From positions 8,404-72,403 of the forward strand of contig JAUYKA010000005.1 of NCBI GenBank assembly GCA_030698495.1: a stretch of 64,000 nt of DNA. The letters are read 5' to 3'. Source of the stretch: a bacterium. GTDB lineage: Bacteria > Patescibacteriota > Andersenbacteria > UBA10190. Positions 57,981 through 64,000 of the stretch are shown one piece after another. The position numbers and the translations under genes were made by a program. How positions within the stretch are numbered: position 1 is the stretch's first letter; every line of letters begins with the position of its first letter. The notes beneath the pieces were generated by a model that was not told where the DNA came from, made no database searches, and saw only the letters and a program-made list of their open reading frames with translations.

Positions 57981-58218
57981 ATGTTTGTTGCTTTTAATAA
58001 TAATCAAAAAACCCTCCGACGTTTCAGCCACCCGCCTATTTTGCGCCGCAAATATTGACAGGCGTCGAGGTTACCTATTTTGTAACACAAGCCGTTTTAA
58101 ATGTAAACACCTTTTTTCAGTATCCTAAACCCTCACTATTCTGGCACACCACACTCAATCAATTATTGAAAAAATAAAAATTAAATGGAAATTGAAAATT
58201 GATAATTGAAAATTGTAT

Positions 58219-58665
58219 CTATTCCTGCAGCTCCGGCGGCAAGTCCCCCCTGATCGGTTCAAACCTGATTCTTCGCGGCGGCTCGTATGCTCTCTTTTGC
58301 AACTCCTCCCCAACCAACGTCGGTTCTTCCTCCTCAACCATATCGCCTTGCTCTATTTCTTCACTGTCAAACTCCATTTCTTCCTCTTCCGGATCCTGTC
58401 CCTGCCTATCTTGATCTTGCTGCCACTGAAAAAGAGCAATATCCCGGTTAATCTTATCCAACATATCGCCCGCGGAAGGTACTTCCTCGACTTCTCCCGC
58501 ACCGGGCAAAGCCAGTTGCACGTCTCTCACCGACTGCTGCAAATCCTCAAAATCTTCCTTGGCTGTTATCACATACTCCCTCCCATCTCCGGCCGGAAAC
58601 ACAAAATAACCGCCCAACTCCCGCAAAGCCGCGATTACCATCTCAATTGAACCATTATCTAACAT
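58219..58665 (-). CDS. Hypothetical acidic protein between fusA and tuf
   Basis: 148-aa ORF, LDKINRDIAL helix, Glu-rich C-terminus, TAATTT-N6-ATG upstream. Confidence 0.75.
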   Translation of the reverse strand: MLDNGSIEMVIAALRELGGYFVFPAGDGREYVITAKEDFEDLQQSVRDVQLALPGAGEVEEVPSAGDMLDKINRDIALFQWQQDQDRQGQDPEEEEMEFDSEEIEQGDMVEEEEPTLVGEELQKRAYEPPRRIRFEPIRGDLPPELQE

Positions 58666-58715
58666 CTATTTAAATTACCCCTATACAGTAAAGACAGCAA
58701 GGGCAGCGGCTGTAT

Positions 58716-60821
58716 TTACTTACCCCTGCCTGTCTGCTTTAAGCCGACAATCTCGTCCTGGATATTCTTTGGCACACCTTCGTAATGATCAAACTCCATC
58801 GAATATATCGCCCGACCGGAAGTCAGTGAACGTAACGCCGTAGCATAACCAAACATTTCCGCCAACGGCACCGTCGCGTCAATTACCTTGATGTTACCCC
58901 TGTCTTCAATGCTATTTATTTGTCCGCGTCTGGAATTAACATCTCCCACCACATCGCCCATGTGCTTCTCCGGCGTTGTCACCTCGATTTTCATAATCGG
59001 CTCCAGCAATACGGGACTGGCTTTCTTAAACGCCGCGCGAAAGGCCATCGAACCGGCAATCTTAAAGGCAATTTCCGAACTGTCTACTTCATGGTAGCTG
59101 CCGTCAAAAGCGATGGCTTTCACGTCAACCACCGGGTATCCGGCCAGCACGCCGTTATTAGCCGCTTCATTTACCCCTTTACCGATAGGTGTAATATACT
59201 CCTGCGGTACCGTGCCTCCTTTGATTTGACTCTCATACTCAACCCCGGCGCCACGCTCTTGCGGCTCCAGCCTTAGCCACACATGACCATACTGACCACG
59301 GCCGCCGCTCTGTTTGATGTATCTCCCTTCCGCTTCGGCCACTTTGCGAATGGTTTCCTTGTACGCCACCTGCGGTTTTCCCACATTAACTTCCACCCCA
59401 AACTCTCTCTTCAACCGATCGGCAATAATTTCCAAATGCAGCTCACCCATCCCCTGCATAATCGTCTGCAAAGTTTCTGCGTCCGTTTTCACGCGGAAAG
59501 TGGGATCTTCACTCTGCAAAGCCTTCAACGCCATACCCATCTTTTCCTGATCCGCTTTAGTCCTTGGTTCCACCGCGATGGAAATAACCGGCTCCTGCCC
59601 CACAATGCGTTCCAGTAAAATCGGCTGGTCCTGGTCACACAAAGTATCGCCGGTAGTTGTATTCTTCAAGCCAACCAGCGCGCCGATTCCGCCCGCGCCG
59701 ATTTCTTTCACATCTTCGCGATCATTGGAATGCATCCGCAATATGCGGCTGATTCTTTCTTTTCTGCCATTGGAAGCGTTAAGAACATACGATCCGGAAG
59801 TTAACCTGCCCGAATAAACACGAAAATATGTAATTTGTCCGACAAAAGGATCGGTTGCCACCTTAAACGCCAGCGCCGCAAACGGTTCATTATCTTCCGG
59901 TTTTCTTTGGAGTTTCACTTCGTGGTTGTCCGGATCTGTTCCTTCCACCGGCGGCAAATCCATCGGCGACGGCAGATAATCAACAATCGCGTCCAAAACT
60001 AACTGCACCCCTTTATTCTTCAAAGCCGAACCGCACAACACCGGCACCACCTCGCCCTTGATAACCGCCCGGCGCAATACTGCCTTCAGATCATCAATCA
60101 CCATCTCCTCTCCGTTTAAGAATTTCTCAATCAAAGCTTCATCAAAACCGGCGATCTTCTCAACCGTCTCATCTCGATATTTAGCCGCTTCTTCTCTTAA
60201 TTCCTGCGGAATATCCTTCCACACAACTTTTTCTCCTTTTTGTCCTTCAAAATACACCGCCTGATTGCGCAGTAGATCCACCACTCCTTCCAGTTTGTCT
60301 TCTGTCCCGATCGGTATATTCATGATCACTGTTTTGTCCGTCAGTCGCTCATGAATCGACCCTACCGCCTTCCAAAAATCCGCTCCGGTTCGGTCCAATT
60401 TATTGATAAAACACATGCGCGGTACCTGATACTTATCCGCTTGACGCCATACTGTTTCACTCTGCGGCTCTACTCCCGCCACACCGTCAAACACCACTAC
60501 TGCTCCATCCAAAACACGCAGACTACGCTCTACCTCTACGGTGAAATCAACGTGCCCCGGCGTGTCAATCAAATTCAAGCGATGCCCCTGCCAAAAACAG
60601 GTGGTTGTCGCTGACGTAATGGTAATGCCGCGCTCCCGTTCCTGTTCCATCCAGTCCATCACCGCCGCGCCTTCGTGCACCTCACCGATTTTGTGTGTTA
60701 AGCCGGTATAAAAAAGCACTCGCTCCGATACGGTGGTTTTACCGGCGTCAATGTGGGCAATGATACCGAAATTTCTTACTTTTTCGATAGTAACACTGGG
60801 AAATTGTTTTAAGTCACTCAT
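58716..60821 (-). CDS. fusA: Elongation factor G
   Basis: [47 protein letters not shown]. Confidence 0.99.
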   Translation of the reverse strand: MSDLKQFPSVTIEKVRNFGIIAHIDAGKTTVSERVLFYTGLTHKIGEVHEGAAVMDWMEQERERGITITSATTTCFWQGHRLNLIDTPGHVDFTVEVERSLRVLDGAVVVFDGVAGVEPQSETVWRQADKYQVPRMCFINKLDRTGADFWKAVGSIHERLTDKTVIMNIPIGTEDKLEGVVDLLRNQAVYFEGQKGEKVVWKDIPQELREEAAKYRDETVEKIAGFDEALIEKFLNGEEMVIDDLKAVLRRAVIKGEVVPVLCGSALKNKGVQLVLDAIVDYLPSPMDLPPVEGTDPDNHEVKLQRKPEDNEPFAALAFKVATDPFVGQITYFRVYSGRLTSGSYVLNASNGRKERISRILRMHSNDREDVKEIGAGGIGALVGLKNTTTGDTLCDQDQPILLERIVGQEPVISIAVEPRTKADQEKMGMALKALQSEDPTFRVKTDAETLQTIMQGMGELHLEIIADRLKREFGVEVNVGKPQVAYKETIRKVAEAEGRYIKQSGGRGQYGHVWLRLEPQERGAGVEYESQIKGGTVPQEYITPIGKGVNEAANNGVLAGYPVVDVKAIAFDGSYHEVDSSEIAFKIAGSMAFRAAFKKASPVLLEPIMKIEVTTPEKHMGDVVGDVNSRRGQINSIEDRGNIKVIDATVPLAEMFGYATALRSLTSGRAIYSMEFDHYEGVPKNIQDEIVGLKQTGRGK

Positions 60822-60833
60822 ACTATCAATCTT

Positions 60834-60940
60834 TAATTTCCAATTTCCAATTTCCCCACGCGAATAGCGTCGTTTCGTCGTGTTTGCTAATTGTAAATTG
60901 GCAATTCAATGGAAATTGAAAATTGTAAATTGGAAATTTT
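60834..60940. repeat. Inverted heptamer element between rpsG and fusA
   Basis: AATTTCC x3 ... GGAAATT GAAAATT GTAAATT GGAAATT. Confidence 0.8.
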
Positions 60941-60946
60941 AGCTAC

Positions 60947-61420
60947 TTACGCAAAGTGGCTAAATGCCCGGTTCGACTCCGCCATCCGATGCACATCGTC
61001 GCGCTTCTTTATCGCCGCGCCTTCCTTATTGGATGCCGCGATAATTTCCGCTGCTAACTTTTCCGCCATACTTTTGCCGGAACGATTGCGCGCCGCGTCC
61101 CGCAGCCAGCGCATCGCCAATGTCTCTTTCCTGTCCCCGCGCACTTCAATCGCCACCTGATAATTCGCCCCCCCTATACGCCGCGCTTTCACTTCCAAAA
61201 CCGGCGATACGTTTCTTATCGCGTTATCAAATACCAGTAGGGGATCGTTTTTTGTCTGCGCCGAAACCAATTCCAAGGCATCATAAACCACTTTTTGCAC
61301 CGTGTTTTTTTTACCACCCTTCATCAGATGATTGATGAATTTGGACAACATCAAATTACCGAACTTCGGATCCGGCTTTAAAAACTTTTTATTCTTATAG
61401 ACTCTTTTACGTCGCGGCAT
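60947..61420 (-). CDS. rpsG: 30S ribosomal protein uS7
   Basis: RR.GGANYQV, H.MAE.NRAF.HF. Confidence 0.97.
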   Translation of the reverse strand: MPRRKRVYKNKKFLKPDPKFGNLMLSKFINHLMKGGKKNTVQKVVYDALELVSAQTKNDPLLVFDNAIRNVSPVLEVKARRIGGANYQVAIEVRGDRKETLAMRWLRDAARNRSGKSMAEKLAAEIIAASNKEGAAIKKRDDVHRMAESNRAFSHFA

Positions 61421-61444
61421 GGTTTGAAAATTGAAATTTGAAAA

Positions 61445-61867
61445 TTACGCCTTCGGGCGTTTGGCGCCATAACGACTGCGTCCCCGTCTGCGCCCTTCTA
61501 CTCCGGATGCGTCCAACACACCACGCACCACCTGATAACGTACACCGGGCAAATCCTTACGCCGCCCGCCGCGCACCAACACAATCGAGTGCTCCTGCAA
61601 ATTATGCCCTTCGCCCGGAATAAACGCTGTCACTTCAACACCGTTGGTCAAACGCACCCGCGCCACCTTGCGCAAAGCTGAATTAGGTTTCTTTGGTGTC
61701 ATAGTCTTTACCTGCAAACAAACTCCCCGCTTAAACGGCGAGCCTCCCTTTTTAAACCGAACCGGCTTATTTTTCAAGACATTAAAACCCCGTAACAACG
61801 CCGGCGCTTTTGATTTCTTCTTCTTACTCACCCGCCCCTTACGGACTAACTGATTCGTGGTTGGCAT
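61445..61867 (-). CDS. rpsL: 30S ribosomal protein uS12
   Basis: [33 protein letters not shown]. Confidence 0.98.
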   Translation of the reverse strand: MPTTNQLVRKGRVSKKKKSKAPALLRGFNVLKNKPVRFKKGGSPFKRGVCLQVKTMTPKKPNSALRKVARVRLTNGVEVTAFIPGEGHNLQEHSIVLVRGGRRKDLPGVRYQVVRGVLDASGVEGRRRGRSRYGAKRPKA

Positions 61868-61869
61868 CT

Positions 61870-61955
61870 TAACTGACCTTTAACGTTTAACCTTTAACGT
61901 TTAACCCTGTCGATCAACGTAAAGTCAAAAGTCAAAGGTTAAATGTCAAATGTTT
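61870..61955. repeat. Inverted heptamer element (TTTAAC type) in the rpsL leader
   Basis: TTTAACG TTTAACC TTTAACG TTTAACC ... GTCAAAA GTCAAAG GTTAAAT GTCAAAT. Confidence 0.8.
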
Positions 61956-62009
61956 CTTTAAATACGCACCGCCAAGCGGTGCTGTTACCCGCCAAAAGCG
62001 AGTAGCCAC

Positions 62010-62038
62010 ACTATAAAAAAAGTTTAGCTACTTGTCAA
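62010..62038 (-). promoter_or_regulatory. Sigma70 promoter of the str operon
   Basis: TTGACA-17 bp-TATAGT. Confidence 0.75.
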
Positions 62039-62129
62039 AACCGTTTTTTGTAACTACTCACAACCTTGAAGTCGTTCGTCATTATCCTCGGTCTTGTGAG
62101 TAGTTACCGTTTTTTTACTTTATCGCTCA

Positions 62130-62798
62130 CTACAACAAACTGATCAGCTCCGTCACCGAAAATCCCGAGAACAAACTCGTTAAGCGCAATGTCGGCAGAA
62201 ACACCAACTGCGTCAGCAAACTGCCGCCGAAAAACAAAACGACCAGTAATAAAATCAAACCGTATCTCTCCATCCAAGCGATCACATCCGGCCGCTTCTC
62301 CAAAAACAGATACAGCACCTTCGACCCGTCCAGCGGCGGCACCGGAATCAAATTAAACAACATTAGTATTCCGTTAATCAACGCTATCGTCGCCAACAAC
62401 GCCGGCAACTCCGTCGATGCCGGCGCGATTCTGGCCAGCCCGCCGAAAATAGCTAACAACAAAAAATTAGTCATCGGCCCGGCCAGCGCCACAATTAACG
62501 GACCCCATTTTCCGCGGCGCAAATTATAATAGTTAACCGGCACCGGCTTGGCCCAACCGAAGATGATGCCAATTTGGGAAATATAAAGAAGCACCGGTAT
62601 TATTATCGTTCCCCACAGATCTATATGCGCTATCGGATTTAATGTCAGACGTCCCGCCAATTTTGCTGTCGGATCACCCAAACGCAGCGCCGCCACCCCG
62701 TGCGACACCTCGTGAAAAATGACCGCGATCAAAAAACCCAACAACAGCGCGCCACCCTGCGCGACACCGCTGCTGAATCCGAAAGCTTGTAACATCAT
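62130..62798 (-). CDS. Site-2 protease (M50 family)
   Basis: HEVSH, GWAKPVP, AGP, FNLIPVPPLDG. Confidence 0.94.
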   Translation of the reverse strand: MMLQAFGFSSGVAQGGALLLGFLIAVIFHEVSHGVAALRLGDPTAKLAGRLTLNPIAHIDLWGTIIIPVLLYISQIGIIFGWAKPVPVNYYNLRRGKWGPLIVALAGPMTNFLLLAIFGGLARIAPASTELPALLATIALINGILMLFNLIPVPPLDGSKVLYLFLEKRPDVIAWMERYGLILLLVVLFFGGSLLTQLVFLPTLRLTSLFSGFSVTELISLL

Positions 62799-62939
62799 AA
62801 ATACACTCTATCAATTATTAGCCTAACCGCCAATGTTCTTGCCAAAAATATCTATATCTGCTATCAATTAACACACTACCAAAGGGAAAACAAATACAAA
62901 CCCTTACTGCTTGCTACTAACTACTTACTACTAATATAT

Positions 62940-63131
62940 ATGCCTCGCATATGCGCCATCTGCGGTAAAGGAAAACAAATGGGTAACACCCGCAAGCTTT
63001 TGCGCGGTCATTACAACATCACCGGCCGTCGTGCTTTCAAGCCCAACTTGCAAAAGACCACTTACCAGGGTGAAAAAGTTCTCGCCTGCGTAAAGTGCAT
63101 CAAAACCCAACACAAATCCGCCCGCGCCTAA
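62940..63131 (+). CDS. rpmB: 50S ribosomal protein bL28
   Basis: M.R.C.ICGK, R.FKPNLQ, C.KCIK. Confidence 0.9.
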   Translation: MPRICAICGKGKQMGNTRKLLRGHYNITGRRAFKPNLQKTTYQGEKVLACVKCIKTQHKSARA

Positions 63132-63172
63132 TTCCTCTTTAGAAACAATAATAGCAGCTTAACAAAGCAAAG

Positions 63173-63206
63173 AAAAACGGCTCAGGCGTGCGCTTGAGCC
63201 GTTTTT
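63173..63206. repeat. AAACGGCTCA hairpin repeat, copy 3 (bidirectional terminator-like)
   Basis: AAAAACGGCTCAGGCG TG CGCTTGAGCCGTTTTT. Confidence 0.75.
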
Positions 63207-63231
63207 TCGTTCTCTATAAAGAGCTCCGTTT

Positions 63232-63426
63232 TCACCATCCACAACGAGCCGTATGAACGGCGGCTTTGTAGTAGCCCCACCTCACCAATGCCTTCACCCG
63301 ACAGGCGCGCTGGAAAACCAGACACCATAAAGTGAAGTCTCTCACCTTCTTCACCGCACGGCGCATCCGCTTCAACTCCCACTCTGACCGCTCCACCGGA
63401 CCAACCCTGTATGCTCTTTCTTTCAT
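63232..63426 (-). CDS. Possible small basic hypothetical protein
   Basis: 64-aa ORF MKERAYRV... with GGAAGGGG upstream; no family recognised. Confidence 0.3.
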   Translation of the reverse strand: MKERAYRVGPVERSEWELKRMRRAVKKVRDFTLWCLVFQRACRVKALVRWGYYKAAVHTARCGW

Positions 63427-63519
63427 CGCCAACCCCTTCCCTGAAAAAGAACAAGAAACCGTTTCTGTCGCAATTACTGAACGAAGCTCGAACCTTTTTT
63501 GAACAAAACTCTGACTGAT

Positions 63520-63700
63520 TGCCGCGCTTCGCGCGGCAGAAACTGAACGCTCCGCCTGCGTTGAAACTTCGGCGGACAAGTCGGGCGGGCAAAAAGGAAG
63601 GGGGTTGGGGGGGAAGGAATTTTTGCCCGCCCTCGCTTTCCGATTCCGATTTTTCCGCCGCCGCTGAATTTCGTGCCAGTGAAACTGGCGCGCCGCACCA
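63520..63700. repeat. Composite GC-rich hairpin cluster with REP-like insert
   Basis: TGCCGCGC TTC GCGCGGCA; TCCGCC..CTTCGGCGGACAAG; GGGCGGGCAAAAA..TTTTTGCCCGCCC. Confidence 0.65.
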
Positions 63701-63991
63701 TTAGCTCAAATCCTTCTTTCTTTCGTCAAACTCTTTTTTGTCAATCTCACCTTTTGCATATCGTTCTTTCAAAATTTCAAGTGGAGATTTTTCGCGGACG
63801 CCATTGCCGCGAGATTGACCTGTGAGCCATTTGATAAGTGCTACAATTCCAGCGATTATTAACACCCACCAAAGAATCATAAAAATCCAACCGAAACCAC
63901 CAAAGGGTGAAAATCCAAAGTTCATCATAGAATTATTTCCTTGATTAAGTCCCGAGGGAGACGACCACCCTCCCATCATCATTTGCATCAT
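63701..63991 (-). CDS. SHOCT-domain small membrane protein
   Basis: MM..GG-rich N-terminus, [18 protein letters not shown]; start uncertain near the window edge. Confidence 0.85.
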   Translation of the reverse strand: MMQMMMGGWSSPSGLNQGNNSMMNFGFSPFGGFGWIFMILWWVLIIAGIVALIKWLTGQSRGNGVREKSPLEILKERYAKGEIDKKEFDERKKDLS

Positions 63992-64000
63992 GGGTATAAA

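Noticed and set aside
1-64000. Alternative genetic code (UGA=Gly or general amber recoding)
   Set aside because: Conserved genes are full length under code 11 and use TGA (lepA, rplP) and TAG (rpsH, tuf) as true stops

Overview
Window from a Patescibacteria (CPR) bacterium: standard code, uL30 absent from the spc operon, almost all genes on the minus strand. Left to right it holds: an ADP-heptose and dTDP-rhamnose sugar cluster (1-6.2 kb); lepA; an unassigned ~350-nt structured ncRNA candidate; a murJ/DUF4012/glycosyltransferase/sugar-transferase locus; an enlarged RNase P RNA; proS; an ~9-kb accessory hotspot (type II R-M, Fic, RadC, NUDIX, HTH-HATPase/STAS pair, a duplicated rnhA 3' end); rnhA-recJ; a four-helix-bundle gene; a glycolysis cluster; and the str-S10-spc ribosomal protein superoperon. 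The most unusual signal is non-coding. (1) Four copies of a ~170-200 nt three-way-junction element have conserved junction, loop and bulge nucleotides but unrelated, fully paired outer stems, and each lies just after a stop codon. (2) Many intergenic spacers are degenerate 7/8/9-mer tandem repeats, often inverted so that a stop codon is brought next to the following start codon. (3) A REP-like hairpin family has inserted into those repeats, into RNase P RNA, in-frame into lepA, and into rpsQ and rpsS, which both end DKPSLR as a result. (4) Many genes have a leaderless TGn-TAnnnT-N6-ATG layout. (5) An A9 slippery site splits the DUF4012 gene. All alignments and folds were done by eye and no database searches were run.
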